From contig JANQPP010000036.1 in NCBI GenBank assembly GCA_028289405.1, positions 28,297-92,296 of the forward strand: a DNA stretch of 64,000 nt, written 5' to 3'. This stretch comes from Pirellulales bacterium. Lineage in GTDB: Bacteria; Planctomycetota; Planctomycetia; Pirellulales; JANQPP01. Of the stretch, positions 9,381 to 19,925 are shown piece after piece; positions within the stretch are counted from its first letter, which is position 1; every line of letters starts with the position of its first letter. A model generated the notes under the pieces. That model was not told where the DNA came from and made no database searches. It worked only from the letters and a program-made list of their open reading frames with translations. The position numbers were made by a program, and so were the translations under genes.

Positions 9381-10448
9381 ATGCTCCTTTTCGATGCCCA
9401 TCTCGACCTGAGCATGAACGCCTTGGAGTGGAACCGCGATCTTACCCGGCCCGCGGCCGAGATTCGCCAGCGGGAAGCTGGTATGGAGGACAAACCGGAT
9501 CGTGGCCGGGGAACTGTCTCCTTGCCGGAAATGCGTCGAGGCCAAATCGGCCTCTGCGTGGCCACGCAGATTGCACGTTACGTGGAACCGGGGAGTGAAC
9601 TCCCAGGGTGGCACGCCCCGGAGATGGCTTGGGCACAAACGCAGGGCCAACTTGCCTGGTACCGCGCCATGGAAGCGGCGGGGGAAATGGTACAAATCAC
9701 CGACCGTGCCGGACTGGACCGGCATGTCGAACTGTGGCAAGCCTCGCCACCGCCAGACGCACCGATCGGTTATATCTTGAGTCTGGAAGGGGCCGATTCG
9801 CTGCTCACGCCTCGCCATGTGGAAGCGTCCTATGCCCAGGGCCTTCGCGCCTTGGGACCGGCCCATTATGGACCAGGCAGATACGCGTATGGTACCGGTG
9901 TTTCGGCTCCGCTAAGTAGTAACGGACGAGAACTCTTGGCCGAGATGGAACGCCTGGGCATCATCCTCGACGCCACGCATCTCTGCGACGCCTGTTTTTG
10001 GGACGCGCTGGAGTGTTTTTCGGGTCGGGTCTGGGCCAGCCACAACAATTGTCGCGAGCTCGTGCCCGGCGACCGGCAGTTCTCCGATGACCAAATCCGC
10101 GCCCTCATCGAACGGAGAGCCGTGATCGGCTTCGTGCTCGACGCCTGGATGCTCGTTCCTGGCTGGGAACGAGGAAAAACGACGCCCGAAGAATGCGGCG
10201 TCACGCTCAACACCGCGCTTGATCATTTGGACCATATCTGCCAAATCGCCGGAAATGCCCGGCACGTGGGCATCGGTTCCGACTTGGACGGCGGCTTTGG
10301 CCGGGAACAGGGTCCGCTCGACGTGGACACGATTGCCGACCTCGCGCGGACGTCGGAGTTGCTCGCCTCACGTGGCTACTCCGAAGAGGATATTGCTGGA
10401 ATTATGCACGGCAATTGGATTCGCTTTTTACGTGAGACTTGGGCCTGA
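9381..10448 (+). CDS. Membrane dipeptidase family (peptidase M19) protein
   Basis: Motifs DAHLDL, LEGADSL, ILDATHL, ASHNNCR and GIGSDLDGGFG follow the renal-dipeptidase metal-ligand pattern. Confidence 0.8.
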   Translation: MLLFDAHLDLSMNALEWNRDLTRPAAEIRQREAGMEDKPDRGRGTVSLPEMRRGQIGLCVATQIARYVEPGSELPGWHAPEMAWAQTQGQLAWYRAMEAAGEMVQITDRAGLDRHVELWQASPPPDAPIGYILSLEGADSLLTPRHVEASYAQGLRALGPAHYGPGRYAYGTGVSAPLSSNGRELLAEMERLGIILDATHLCDACFWDALECFSGRVWASHNNCRELVPGDRQFSDDQIRALIERRAVIGFVLDAWMLVPGWERGKTTPEECGVTLNTALDHLDHICQIAGNARHVGIGSDLDGGFGREQGPLDVDTIADLARTSELLASRGYSEEDIAGIMHGNWIRFLRETWA

Positions 10449-10519
10449 TCCATTCGAATTGGCGCCAATGGCGTGAGCTCGCCGCTGCACGGTACAGTGG
10501 AGTGCGGTGGAAATCCTCG

Positions 10520-11131
10520 CTAGGTTTGGATGATGAATTGCGTGTCGAATACTTCGAGGCGTTCGGCTAGCCCTTTTTCTTGCGCGAATTCTTGGACGGC
10601 TTGCTCCACGGGGTGATGGTCTTTTCCCTCGGCGGAATATCCCCAGGTGTAGTCATCTCCGGTGATGAAGCCGCCCGGCTTCACTTTTTGTAACGAGAGC
10701 TGTAAATCCTTCATCACGTATTCGTAGTAGTGGTTTCCATCGACGTAGATCCAGTCGAAATAATCGTCTGGGAATTCGTCTAGGACCTGATCCGAGAAGC
10801 CCCGGTGGAAGGTGACGTTGTTCCTGTCCGCGAACTTGCGCTTCACGGATTCGTAAATATCATCCATGTCTTTCTGCTCCTTGGCGACCGTCCCGCCGAA
10901 CATCCGTTCCGGGAATTCGCCTTGAAATTGCCAAGGATCAATCAGGTGCAACTCCTTGGGAGCAGCAACCTCAAGGATTTTGACGCTGAATTCACCTTTC
11001 CACACGCCGATTTCCGCGCCGATCGAAGATTTGGGAAGCCGTTTCAGCAGCTTCATTCGAGGATCTCGATCCGGAAGCACGGTCCGCGCGATTTTTCCCA
11101 GCACCTTTTGGGCGACATTTTTTTGGTTCAT
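10520..11131 (-). CDS. Class I SAM-dependent methyltransferase (Methyltransf_24-like)
   Basis: 203 aa. GAEIGVWKGEFS glycine-rich loop, DWIYVDGNHYYEYV and PGGFITGDDY. Confidence 0.75.
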   Translation of the reverse strand: MNQKNVAQKVLGKIARTVLPDRDPRMKLLKRLPKSSIGAEIGVWKGEFSVKILEVAAPKELHLIDPWQFQGEFPERMFGGTVAKEQKDMDDIYESVKRKFADRNNVTFHRGFSDQVLDEFPDDYFDWIYVDGNHYYEYVMKDLQLSLQKVKPGGFITGDDYTWGYSAEGKDHHPVEQAVQEFAQEKGLAERLEVFDTQFIIQT

Positions 11132-11207
11132 GGCTCACAATTCCTGCGTTTAAGCATGGTCTCGAACGTCGATCGTTTTTTATTGCCAACGATCATTGCG
11201 ATCTGAC

Positions 11208-11789
11208 TCATTCCAGCCCCATCCACATCATCACCGCGAAGGCGATGCCGGCGAGATACATGGCCAAAGTGGCCAACGCGGCGATGCGTATCGGTTTCCC
11301 CGGTCCCTTAATGCACACGAAGGCCGCAGCCGCGACGGCAAACAAGAACTCTAACAAGGCGGCCTGCAATCCGAAATGCCGGGGATCCCAATAAGAAACG
11401 GGGCTCGCGAACCGCCAATGCGTCAGCGGCAGGAAATGCCGATGCGCGTCATCGTGATGCAGTGGCAAATCAAACAGCATATGCAATAACGCGCTGGCCG
11501 CGCACAGCTTGCCAGCAGGGAATTTAATCCACGCGAAAAGGGCCAGGCACGCCAAGGCCAACGGAATGGAATTCATGACGTCGAAGAGCAACTGCCAATG
11601 GTCTTGGAAGTAAAGCCGGGACCATATTTCCCGTTCGCTGCTGCCCACCACGATTTTTTGGTAGCCGTAGAAGCCGAACATGGGCAGATCCGGGAGCAGC
11701 GCCCCGAGCACGACCGCCGACGCGGCCATGGTTCCCTTTTCTTTTCGCCAAACGAGCAGGCTGGCTGCCACATGGGCGGGAGTATTCAT
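11208..11789 (-). CDS. Integral membrane protein, possibly a metal-dependent hydrolase (DUF4184/YdjM-like)
   Basis: 193 aa with 5-6 hydrophobic segments. N-terminal [10 protein letters not shown] and several conserved-looking His ([18 protein letters not shown]). Family assignment is tentative. Confidence 0.5.
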   Translation of the reverse strand: MNTPAHVAASLLVWRKEKGTMAASAVVLGALLPDLPMFGFYGYQKIVVGSSEREIWSRLYFQDHWQLLFDVMNSIPLALACLALFAWIKFPAGKLCAASALLHMLFDLPLHHDDAHRHFLPLTHWRFASPVSYWDPRHFGLQAALLEFLFAVAAAAFVCIKGPGKPIRIAALATLAMYLAGIAFAVMMWMGLE

Positions 11790-11976
11790 CGGCTCACTCC
11801 CAGCGAGAGATTCTCACGGATCGCCGCCATATCGGAAGCGGTGTTTTGTTTTCCTGCAACCACGTTTGGCCAGTTTTTACGATTGTGGTATATTTCCTGC
11901 TTTGTGGGGCCCGCACCACGTTACCCGGCGCTGGTGTAAATCGCATTTCCAATTTCCTAACCGTTGCGAGGAGCGC

Positions 11977-12936
11977 ATGAGCACTGCCATATCCACGGGT
12001 ATACACGAAGACATCACGCAATGCATTGGAAATACTCCACTCGTCAAGCTCCGCCGAATCACCGGCGGGGCGGGCGCGAATCTGCTGGGAAAGCTGGAGA
12101 ATTTCAATCCGCTGTGGAGCGTGAAAGACCGGATTGGCCGGGCGATGATCGACGCGGCCGAGCGTGACGGCCTCCTCAAGGAGGGGACCACGGTCATCGA
12201 ACCGACCAGTGGCAACACGGGCATCGCGCTGGCGTATGTCTGTGCCGCGCGGGGTTACAAACTGGCCGTGACCATGCCGGAAAGCATGAGCCTGGAACGC
12301 CGAAGGTTGCTCAAGGCTTTCGGCGCGGAATTGATTCTTACGCCCGCCGCCGAAGGGATGCCCGGCGCTGTCCGTAAGGCGGAAGAGATTGTCGCTTCCA
12401 GGGACAATTACTTCATGCCGCAGCAATTCAAGAATCCCGCGAATCCGGAGATCCATCGCAAAACCACCGCCGAAGAGATCTGGCGGGATACTGAAGGGAA
12501 CGTGGATATCGTGGTCAGCGGTGTGGGTACCGGAGGCACGATCACGGGCGTGGGCGAGGTGCTCAAGAGCCGCAAGCCTTCGCTCCAAATGATCGCCGTG
12601 GAACCGGCAAACAGCCCGGTGATTACCCAAAAAAGGGCGGGACAGCCACTCCAACCCGGCAAGCATACCATTCAGGGGATCGGCGCCGGTTTCATTCCCG
12701 ACATCTTGAATCTAGACGTGATTGACGACGTGATTCAGGTACACGATGAGGATGCCATGGAGACGGCCCGGCAGATGGCCAAGCTGGAAGGATTCATGTG
12801 CGGGATCAGTTGCGGCGCCGCGGCTTGGGCCGCGATCCAAGTCGTCCAAAAGCCGGAGAACGCAAACAAGACCGTCGTGGTCATCCTGCCGGACCTCGGC
12901 GAGCGTTACCTTTCCACGAAACTGTTCCCAGAATAA
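11977..12936 (+). CDS. cysK: Cysteine synthase A (O-acetylserine sulfhydrylase)
   Basis: [20 protein letters not shown] (PLP lysine), [12 protein letters not shown] and GTGGTITG. Start trimmed to ATG 11977, with GAGGAG upstream. Confidence 0.9.
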   Translation: MSTAISTGIHEDITQCIGNTPLVKLRRITGGAGANLLGKLENFNPLWSVKDRIGRAMIDAAERDGLLKEGTTVIEPTSGNTGIALAYVCAARGYKLAVTMPESMSLERRRLLKAFGAELILTPAAEGMPGAVRKAEEIVASRDNYFMPQQFKNPANPEIHRKTTAEEIWRDTEGNVDIVVSGVGTGGTITGVGEVLKSRKPSLQMIAVEPANSPVITQKRAGQPLQPGKHTIQGIGAGFIPDILNLDVIDDVIQVHDEDAMETARQMAKLEGFMCGISCGAAAWAAIQVVQKPENANKTVVVILPDLGERYLSTKLFPE

Positions 12937-12962
12937 ACCAAGCATTCTTCATGAAATGCAAC

Positions 12963-12990
12963 AAACGGCCACGGTGACGTGGCCGTTTTT
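12963..12990 (+). terminator. Rho-independent terminator after cysK
   Basis: AAACGGCCACG-GTGA-CGTGGCCGTTT: an 11-bp stem with a 4-nt loop, running into a T-tract (TTTTT), 27 nt after the cysK stop. Confidence 0.65.
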
Positions 12991-13043
12991 CGTGGTAGTC
13001 CGCTCATGTTTCCTTTGTCAACGTAGTCACCAAGCAATGGATC

Positions 13044-13844
13044 ATGCCCATGCCTCCCACTTCCGATGAGCTATTTTCCGTTTCGGATCAAGTGGTGCTC
13101 GTCTCTGGCGGCAGCCGGGGCATCGGGCAGGCCATCGTGGCCGGATTTGCCGCGCGGGGCGCGACCGTGATTTTCACGGGCCGACAATCGGAAACCGTGC
13201 AAGCCGCCGCCGACCAGTGGCGCGAAGAGGGTTGGCGGATCACTCCTCGGGTATGCGACGTCGCGAAGCCGGAGGAGATTTCCCGGCTCGTTCGCGACGT
13301 TCACGAAGAATTCGGGCGAATCGATACGCTGATTAACGTGGCGGGCGTGAATCGTCGCAAGCCCGCGCTGGACATCACGGACGAAGATTATGATTTTGTG
13401 CTCGACGTCAATTTGAAGGGAGCCTTTCTGCTGTCCCGGGAAGTAGGCCGCCTGATGTGCCAACGGAAAGCTGGCTGCCAAATCAACATCGCCTCGCTGA
13501 ATACCGACCGTCCACTCAAGAATGTCGCCCCCTATGCCATGAGCAAGGCGGCGCTGGGACACATGACGCGGGGTTTGGCCTTGGAGTGGGGGCCGCACGG
13601 CGTGCGGGTCAACGCGATCGCGCCCGGCTTCATTTTGACCGATTTGACACGCGGGCTCTGGTCGGATCCCATCATGCGGGATTGGGGGCAGCGGAATACC
13701 CCGCTAGGCCGCCTGGGCGAGCCGCGTGACTTGGCCGGTGCCGCGCTCTTTTTGGCTTCTCCCGCCGCTGCCTTCATGACGGGACAGATCATGTACGTGG
13801 ATGGCGGTTTCACCGCGGGTTGGAATTGGCCGATTCCCGAGTGA
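13044..13844 (+). CDS. Short-chain dehydrogenase/reductase (gluconate-5-dehydrogenase-like)
   Basis: VSGGSRGIGQAI cofactor loop, NVAG, catalytic YAMSKAA and PGFILT. Confidence 0.85.
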   Translation: MPMPPTSDELFSVSDQVVLVSGGSRGIGQAIVAGFAARGATVIFTGRQSETVQAAADQWREEGWRITPRVCDVAKPEEISRLVRDVHEEFGRIDTLINVAGVNRRKPALDITDEDYDFVLDVNLKGAFLLSREVGRLMCQRKAGCQINIASLNTDRPLKNVAPYAMSKAALGHMTRGLALEWGPHGVRVNAIAPGFILTDLTRGLWSDPIMRDWGQRNTPLGRLGEPRDLAGAALFLASPAAAFMTGQIMYVDGGFTAGWNWPIPE

Positions 13845-15309
13845 TGGGGGCCAGCGATCCGCCCACAGCTAGGCAAAGATTCACGGACAAGCCGTACAAT
13901 CCAGCGTGAATGTCATACAGCTTGCCGTACCCGGCGGCGGCTAGGGCCACCGACACGGAGACACCCGCCAGCAAGCCAAACAGCACGGCGCCGCCCCGCA
14001 GACGATGCCAATGCAGTCCCAGAAAGAAGCCGGGCACGAGCTGTACCAGCAGGTCAAACTTGCGGTCCAGCAAACCGACCAGCGTGGTTTCGTCCCGTAG
14101 GGCGATGGCCATCGCCGAGAGAATCGCGATCAGTACCCAGGAACAGATTTTGCCGAAATAGGTGAGTTCCTTTTCCGGGGCCGCGGGGCGAAAACACCGT
14201 CCGTAGATATCCTTCGTGAGCATGGAAGAGATCGAAAGCAGCACGGAATCGGCGGTGGACATGATCGCCGCGAGCACTCCCGCGAAGAGCACCGCCACGA
14301 GCCAATACCCGAACAACGATTCTTGTTGGATTTCTCTGAGGATGATCGTGAGAACGGCGTCCGTTTCTCCTCGATTGGAAAGGCCAGGCACGTTCGCCGC
14401 CGCCATGATGCCCACGATCACGGCGATCAGCGTGGTGGTCAGAGGCAAAAATGCCATCACCCGCAGACTGCGGCGGAGCACTTGGGCGGACCGGGCGGCA
14501 TAAATCCGCTGAATTCCCTGGGGATACAAGGCGCCGCCAAAGCCGACGATGAAAATATAGCTATACCATTCCCGGATGCGTCCAGCGTCGGGCGGCAAGA
14601 TTTTGGGCGGTCCATCCGGGGGGGAGGCGAGCAAATACTTCGTGGCCTCGCCGAGGGAACCGTATTTCTCGAAGATCAGATAACAAAGAATCCCGAAACC
14701 GACCAGAAGCACGCCGCCTTGCAGGGAGTCGGTCCAAGCCACGGCACGGAAGCCGCCCAAGGTCTCGTAGACCACGATGATCGTGGCGAGCGAGATCACG
14801 CCCCAGGTGTACGCTTGTGCCGCTTCTAGTCCAGTCAGGCCCTGCAAGGCGCGGCCCATGGCCATGAGCTGCCCCAAGAGGAAGTTGGAAATGGCCACCA
14901 CCATGACTCCCGCGGCCACGACCGTTAAAGCCAGGTTTCCGAATCGGTCTTGTAAAAAGTCGGCGGGGGTGATGTAGCCACGTTCGCGGCTACGAGCATA
15001 AAGTCGCGGCGCGAGCATGAGAAAGCAGACGACGATCGCCGTCATGAAGTGGATGCACATGCCCCACGAATAGCCGATGCGGTACGTCTTGCCCGTGAAA
15101 CCGAACAGCGTGTTTCCGCTGTATTGCGTGGCATACAGCGTGAGTACCAGCACGAAGAAACCGACGCCTTTGCCGGCCAAGTAGAAATCACGCAGGGAAC
15201 TGTCGCGGCGGGCCCGATACCCGAGCCAACCGATGAGGATCAGCGACAGCAGATAGCCCACGATGAACGCCTGGGCACCCGCGCCGAAGGGGAGCAGCCC
15301 TTCGTTCAT
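13810..15309 (-). CDS. Sodium:solute symporter family (SSF) transporter
   Basis: About 13 TM segments. N-terminus FYLAGKGVG and overall SSF pattern. Start trimmed to ATG 15309 (MNEGLL...). ATGA overlap with the upstream small membrane gene. Confidence 0.85.
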   Translation of the reverse strand: MNEGLLPFGAGAQAFIVGYLLSLILIGWLGYRARRDSSLRDFYLAGKGVGFFVLVLTLYATQYSGNTLFGFTGKTYRIGYSWGMCIHFMTAIVVCFLMLAPRLYARSRERGYITPADFLQDRFGNLALTVVAAGVMVVAISNFLLGQLMAMGRALQGLTGLEAAQAYTWGVISLATIIVVYETLGGFRAVAWTDSLQGGVLLVGFGILCYLIFEKYGSLGEATKYLLASPPDGPPKILPPDAGRIREWYSYIFIVGFGGALYPQGIQRIYAARSAQVLRRSLRVMAFLPLTTTLIAVIVGIMAAANVPGLSNRGETDAVLTIILREIQQESLFGYWLVAVLFAGVLAAIMSTADSVLLSISSMLTKDIYGRCFRPAAPEKELTYFGKICSWVLIAILSAMAIALRDETTLVGLLDRKFDLLVQLVPGFFLGLHWHRLRGGAVLFGLLAGVSVSVALAAAGYGKLYDIHAGLYGLSVNLCLAVGGSLAPITRESANSNPR

Positions 15310-15548
15310 GGCAAGGGCTCCGAGGGTTCCAGCTCCTCTGGCCAGGGACGCCGCAGCAGGAACGCGGTGACCGAGGAGGTTGCCGCGGAGGCCAGCACGG
15401 CCACCACGAACCAAGCCGGCGCGCCCCACCAGAGCCTGGGAGGATCTTGCCCCACGAAACCCCAATACCAGGGCACGCCGAGCAGCAGCAGCAATCCGTA
15501 AATTAGAAGACGCGTGAACAGTGACAGGGATGTGTAAGATCGCGGCAT
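15306..15548 (-). CDS. Small two-TM membrane protein coupled to the symporter (DUF3311-like)
   Basis: 80 aa from ATG 15548 (MPRSYTSLSLFTRLLIYGLLLLLGVPWYWGF...). Its stop overlaps the symporter ATG (ATGA at 15306-15309). Small accessory proteins in this position are known for SSF carriers. Confidence 0.6.
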   Translation of the reverse strand: MPRSYTSLSLFTRLLIYGLLLLLGVPWYWGFVGQDPPRLWWGAPAWFVVAVLASAATSSVTAFLLRRPWPEELEPSEPLP

Positions 15549-15606
15549 GTTCTTTTTCCCTTGGTTTGCCGCTACGGCGCGTGGGGACAAAGCCGGTGAA
15601 CGCTCG

Positions 15607-15834
15607 CTAAAGTTGGCAGCCGCCCATGCCGCACTGTGGGAGACCGCAGCCACCTGGGCTGGGAGTCTCGCAGACCGACAATTCGTTACTGGCACCGCGA
15701 TGGGCTGCCGGCACGCTCAGCTTTTTTTCGAGACGAGGGCTCGCGCACGTAGGGCATTGGACACGCTCACTTGGGCGGATCAAGATCTCGAAGTCACGGC
15801 GGCACTGCGGACAGTGATATTCGTAAATCGGCAT
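15607..15834 (-). CDS. FmdB-family zinc-ribbon protein
   Basis: MPIYEYHCPQCRRDFE...CPTCAS (CxxC...CxxC) followed by a Gly/Cys tail. Start trimmed from 16275 to ATG 15834. Confidence 0.75.
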   Translation of the reverse strand: MPIYEYHCPQCRRDFEILIRPSERVQCPTCASPRLEKKLSVPAAHRGASNELSVCETPSPGGCGLPQCGMGGCQL

Positions 15835-15903
15835 GGGCAGGTTTCTCTTTGCTTGCCTTCGATGATTGCTTGAGATAGGCTCAGCCTTGCTCGGTAGCAC
15901 GAG

Positions 15904-17046
15904 TTGCGTGGCGAATTTTACCAAGGACTTCGGCCCACGCCAATTCACAGAGGAATGACAAACTCCGCCAGTGCGCGAGGCTCTTCCTCTCCAGCCGAGG
16001 CTAGGGCCGGGTCGGCGGAAGTAAGGCACCGCTTGTTCGAGATTTTGACTCCGCTCCGCTGGTCCATAGACGGATTCGCTTTTTTTATTCCGAGGCAAGT
16101 AATAGTGGCGCAGGAATTTGATTCTCACCGGCTGCGGAACGTGCAGTTCGTTCCGCTTACAGCATTCGATCAAGAAAATCGATTGAATCTTTCCGCGATG
16201 CGCGAGCTGCTGGGCAGACTGCACGCCGCCGGCGGCAGGGTTTTCATCACTTGCGCGGGAAGCGCGGAATTCCATAGCCTGACCTCCCAGGAAATCCTGG
16301 ATTGCATTCGCCTTGCCCGGGAAGCCGTTGGAGAAGAATCGGTCGTGATGGTCCCTCTGGGGTATGATCTGCCGAGTGCCCGAGAGATGCTGAAGCAGGC
16401 CGTGGATGCGGGCGCGGATACGGGGCTCGTGATGCCGCTCGGCTTTCCTTACTTATCGAATGAGGGTGCGCGAGACTACTATCTCCGTTTGCTTGATGCG
16501 GCACCGTGTCCGCTTTTGATCTACAAGAAATCGGAGATCCCGTCCGACGACCTGCTGCTGGAACTGGCCGGGCACGAAAATTTGGTGGGCGTGAAGTATG
16601 CCGTGAACGATATCGATGCCTTCCATCGCATCGTGCAGGACGATGGCGGGCGGATTGAATGGATCTGCGGCTCGGCGGAACGGTTCGCGCCCTTCTTCAT
16701 GCTTGCCGGAGCCACCGGTTACACGAGTGGCGCGGGCAATGTCTGTCCCCATCTCACGCTGTCCATGTTTCGGGCCTGCGCGAAGGGGGACTGGGAGCGT
16801 GGATTGGCGCTCCAACGTCACATTCGTCCGATTGAAGACTACCGCGCCCGGGCTGCCAGCTCGTACAACATTTCGTTCCTCAAGCAGGCCATCCGCGCGA
16901 CCGGGCTCGATTTTGGCCCGCCGCGTCCGCCTCAACGGCAAATTACCGCCGAGGAGGCCGTGGAGATCGAGGCCATATTATCGCCGATCCTGGAAGCGGA
17001 AAAGAACGAGGCTCAAGCTAACCAGCCGGCGACGGCGACCGGCTGA
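15904..17046 (+). CDS. Dihydrodipicolinate synthase/N-acetylneuraminate lyase family protein
   Basis: DapA-family pattern from VPLTAFDQ... through VGVKYA (Schiff-base Lys) and GYTSGAGN. The true start is probably internal: GTG 16105 gives MAQEFDSHRLRNVQFVPLTAF. 15904 is only the longest TTG extension. Confidence 0.75.
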   Translation: MRGEFYQGLRPTPIHRGMTNSASARGSSSPAEARAGSAEVRHRLFEILTPLRWSIDGFAFFIPRQVIVAQEFDSHRLRNVQFVPLTAFDQENRLNLSAMRELLGRLHAAGGRVFITCAGSAEFHSLTSQEILDCIRLAREAVGEESVVMVPLGYDLPSAREMLKQAVDAGADTGLVMPLGFPYLSNEGARDYYLRLLDAAPCPLLIYKKSEIPSDDLLLELAGHENLVGVKYAVNDIDAFHRIVQDDGGRIEWICGSAERFAPFFMLAGATGYTSGAGNVCPHLTLSMFRACAKGDWERGLALQRHIRPIEDYRARAASSYNISFLKQAIRATGLDFGPPRPPQRQITAEEAVEIEAILSPILEAEKNEAQANQPATATG

Positions 17047-17091
17047 GCTGGGAAGTTCTTGTGGGCCATGTTTCAGTTTCAATAGTCCCGC

Positions 17092-18000
17092 TCAATAACC
17101 CCGCATGGCGCAAGCCATGACCTTCCAATGGCGAGGGCGCCAAGGCGCCTGTCGCAGCGCTTTCCAGGCATGTTTCCGGGCGGACGCGGGGTAGCCTCCC
17201 ATCAACGCCCACCAAGCCCAGCGCTCATGCAATGCGTGCGGATCTTCGGTCGACATCGTGATGGGCTTGGCCGGTTCTTCCCACGGCAAGCCGCGCCTCG
17301 AGTAGGCTTGCCGACGTGCCTCGCGAATCTGTTCCAATTGGCGTTGGCGTTTTGCATGCCCCGCACTAGCGGCGTGAATGCGATAGTGCAGCAGAACTTG
17401 GGGCAGGTTCGCGATCCGCCCTTTTTCCGCGAGCCGCAAGAACAGGTCGATATCTTCCGCGGGGAATGTGCCTTCGCGATAGGCTCCCAATTCCCGTACG
17501 ACCGGCAAACGAAACATCGCGGATGGATGGACGATCGCCGCGCCCGTGTTTCGTTGCAGATGGAATTCGTCGATCTCCTCATGTGAGAACCGTTCCACGC
17601 CCAAACGTAGGGGGGCATCCTCCGCATCGATCAGCAGAACTTGTGAGCCAATGAGCAGATGGTCGGAGTGCGTTTCGAGAAAATTGAACTGTACTTCGAA
17701 GCGATTTTCAAAGGCGATATCATCGGAATCCATCAATGCAACATATTCGCCCTTGGCTTCCGCGAGCAGGCGATTGCGCGCCGCGACCGCGCCGGCATTC
17801 TCGCTAGCGAAAACGCGAACGCGGGAATCTTCCCTGGCCAGATCTTCCACGATTTTTCGCGACCCGTCCGTGGAACCGTCATCCATGATGAGGAGTTCCC
17901 AATCAGAAAACGTCTGCCGCTGAATGCTCCGGACGGCCGCTTCCACGTAGCGCTCGGTGTTGTAGAGCGGCATGATCGCCGAAATAGAAATCTGGCTCAT
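17092..18000 (-). CDS. Family 2 glycosyltransferase (paralogue 1 of 3)
   Basis: ISAIMPLYNTERYV...LLIMDDGSTDGS...MDSDD. Start trimmed to ATG 18000. ATGA overlap with the upstream GT2 stop. Confidence 0.85.
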   Translation of the reverse strand: MSQISISAIMPLYNTERYVEAAVRSIQRQTFSDWELLIMDDGSTDGSRKIVEDLAREDSRVRVFASENAGAVAARNRLLAEAKGEYVALMDSDDIAFENRFEVQFNFLETHSDHLLIGSQVLLIDAEDAPLRLGVERFSHEEIDEFHLQRNTGAAIVHPSAMFRLPVVRELGAYREGTFPAEDIDLFLRLAEKGRIANLPQVLLHYRIHAASAGHAKRQRQLEQIREARRQAYSRRGLPWEEPAKPITMSTEDPHALHERWAWWALMGGYPASARKHAWKALRQAPWRPRHWKVMACAMRGY

Positions 18001-18977
18001 GGCGAAGTTTGGGTTTCGGGTGAGGTCGTCGTTTTGAAGTGAGAGCAGTAGAAAAGCTTCCAGCTTTCTCGCGAAAGCGGCTTCGTGATCACGGCGCGCC
18101 ACGCGTAAACTCGGGCGGTTGATCCTTCTCCGCTTTGAAATGCCCACCAACCGTAGCGCAACCAGAATGCATGGCGTGAGGCCATGTCCGAAGAAGGCCG
18201 CGACGGGGGAGGCGGCACGAAATGGCCAGCGAGGCCACGCCGAGCCCAGGCTCGTTCGCAAGCCGTTCGAATATTTTGGTCCTGCTGAGCGCGTCGCCTT
18301 TCGCTCAGCGACGTGGTATGCAAGCGGTACTGGATGACGGCGTCGGGAACGTTCGCCAATTCCCCTTTTTCTCCCAATCGGAGCCACAAGTCGATGTCGA
18401 TCGCGGACTCCAGGGATTCATCGTATCCGCCGGCTTGGACCAGCGGTTCACGGCGAATCATGGCGCCCGGGTGGCACATGCTACAGGATCCGGCCAGCAG
18501 CGCCTGTTGGATTTCTTCATCCTCCAGCGGCGCGTCGAGCCGAGTGAGATAACGCCCCCGGTCATCGATGACGCCATGCGCGCCGCTGACCGCCGAGACT
18601 TGGGGATGTCGGCGGAGAAACTCGATTTGAATTTCAAATCTTCGAGGTAACGAGAGATCATCAGCATCCATGACGGCGATGAATTCACCACGTGCCAGTT
18701 TCAATAATTCGTTCCTCGAGGCGGACACGCCCCGGTTTTCCCGTACCACGAGCAGTGACCGAGAGTCCCGACCGAGCCAGCCGCGGACAATCTCGGTGGA
18801 CCGGTCGGTGGAGCCGTCGTCGAGTAGCAAGAATTCAAAATCGCCCAACGATTGGTGCACGATGCTTTCAATCGCCTGGGAGAGATACCGCTCGGCATTG
18901 AAATACGGCATGATGACCGAGATCAGCGGTGAGGCATTCACGGCGTGGCCTTTGTTCTTCGCTTCAGGCTCGCGCAT
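17997..18977 (-). CDS. Family 2 glycosyltransferase (paralogue 2 of 3)
   Basis: ISVIMPYFNAERYL...LLLDDGSTDRS...MDADD. Start trimmed to ATG 18977 (MREPEAKNK...); an alternative start is possible. Confidence 0.85.
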   Translation of the reverse strand: MREPEAKNKGHAVNASPLISVIMPYFNAERYLSQAIESIVHQSLGDFEFLLLDDGSTDRSTEIVRGWLGRDSRSLLVVRENRGVSASRNELLKLARGEFIAVMDADDLSLPRRFEIQIEFLRRHPQVSAVSGAHGVIDDRGRYLTRLDAPLEDEEIQQALLAGSCSMCHPGAMIRREPLVQAGGYDESLESAIDIDLWLRLGEKGELANVPDAVIQYRLHTTSLSERRRAQQDQNIRTACERAWARRGLAGHFVPPPPSRPSSDMASRHAFWLRYGWWAFQSGEGSTARVYAWRAVITKPLSRESWKLFYCSHFKTTTSPETQTSP

Positions 18978-19897
18978 GCCAAAAGTTTCCACGCTTCCAC
19001 TCTCCAAGGAATCGTCTTGATGGCTCGCAGGGAATACGCGATCGCGCCGCCACGGCGTCCCTGCTGAAACATCCACCAACCATACTTAAGTATAAACTGC
19101 TGTAATGAACTCCGGTCGACGGGCCGCCAGGGTTGCGTCGCTTCGAAGTGGCCGGTGACTCCCCGCCGTTGCCAAGCTTTCTGGCAAGCTTCTCTTTTTT
19201 CTTCAATGAATTTCGATTGGTGGGAGCAGCTATACGAATCCAGGCGTATGCGGTAATCGAACAGGGTGTCTGGGAGATTCGCGAGTTTGCCGACTTCGCC
19301 TAAACGCAGCCACAGATCTAGGACACCGTCGGAATGCCCTCCTTCCAAATAGCCACCCACGGCCAATAAGGCTTCGCGGCGCATCATGGAGCAGGCATGG
19401 TGCAACCGGATGTCTCCTCGCAACGCCGCTTGTTGAATCTCTTCGTCGGTCAGCGGTTCCACGCAGTGGAACAGGTGTCGTCCTTGTTCGTCGATCTCCT
19501 GGTAAGCGCCCCCCACGCAAACCACTTCGGGATGCTGTTGCAGAAAGCGTACTTGTTTCTCAAGTCGATCTGGCGCGGCCACGTCATCGTTATCCATGAT
19601 GGCGAGAAATTCCCCGCGTGCTTTTCGAAGCAACTCATTCCGCGTGACCGGCGCGCCGCGGTTCTCCCGAGACCAAAACCGGATGCGTGCGTCGCGTTTT
19701 AGCCAGGATCGGATGATTTGAGGAGTCTTATCGGTGGAGCCGTCGTCAAGAATCAATAATTCAAAGTCAGTGAAGGTTTGCACGAGAATACTCTCCAACG
19801 CCGGGACCAGGAAGCGTCCCGCATTGTAAGTGGGCATCGTCACCGACACCGCGACGGGAAAATCAGGATTTCGCGGATCGGGATCACGCGTTTCCAT
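18938..19897 (-). CDS. Family 2 glycosyltransferase (paralogue 3 of 3)
   Basis: VSVTMPTYNAGRFL...LLILDDGSTDKT...MDNDD. It shares a C-terminal ...YGWW.F..G......Y..RA.....R.E.WKL motif with the other two. Confidence 0.85.
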   Translation of the reverse strand: METRDPDPRNPDFPVAVSVTMPTYNAGRFLVPALESILVQTFTDFELLILDDGSTDKTPQIIRSWLKRDARIRFWSRENRGAPVTRNELLRKARGEFLAIMDNDDVAAPDRLEKQVRFLQQHPEVVCVGGAYQEIDEQGRHLFHCVEPLTDEEIQQAALRGDIRLHHACSMMRREALLAVGGYLEGGHSDGVLDLWLRLGEVGKLANLPDTLFDYRIRLDSYSCSHQSKFIEEKREACQKAWQRRGVTGHFEATQPWRPVDRSSLQQFILKYGWWMFQQGRRGGAIAYSLRAIKTIPWRVEAWKLLACASLKRRTKATP

Positions 19898-19925
19898 GGG
19901 CGCGGCTCACAAACATCGAGAATCG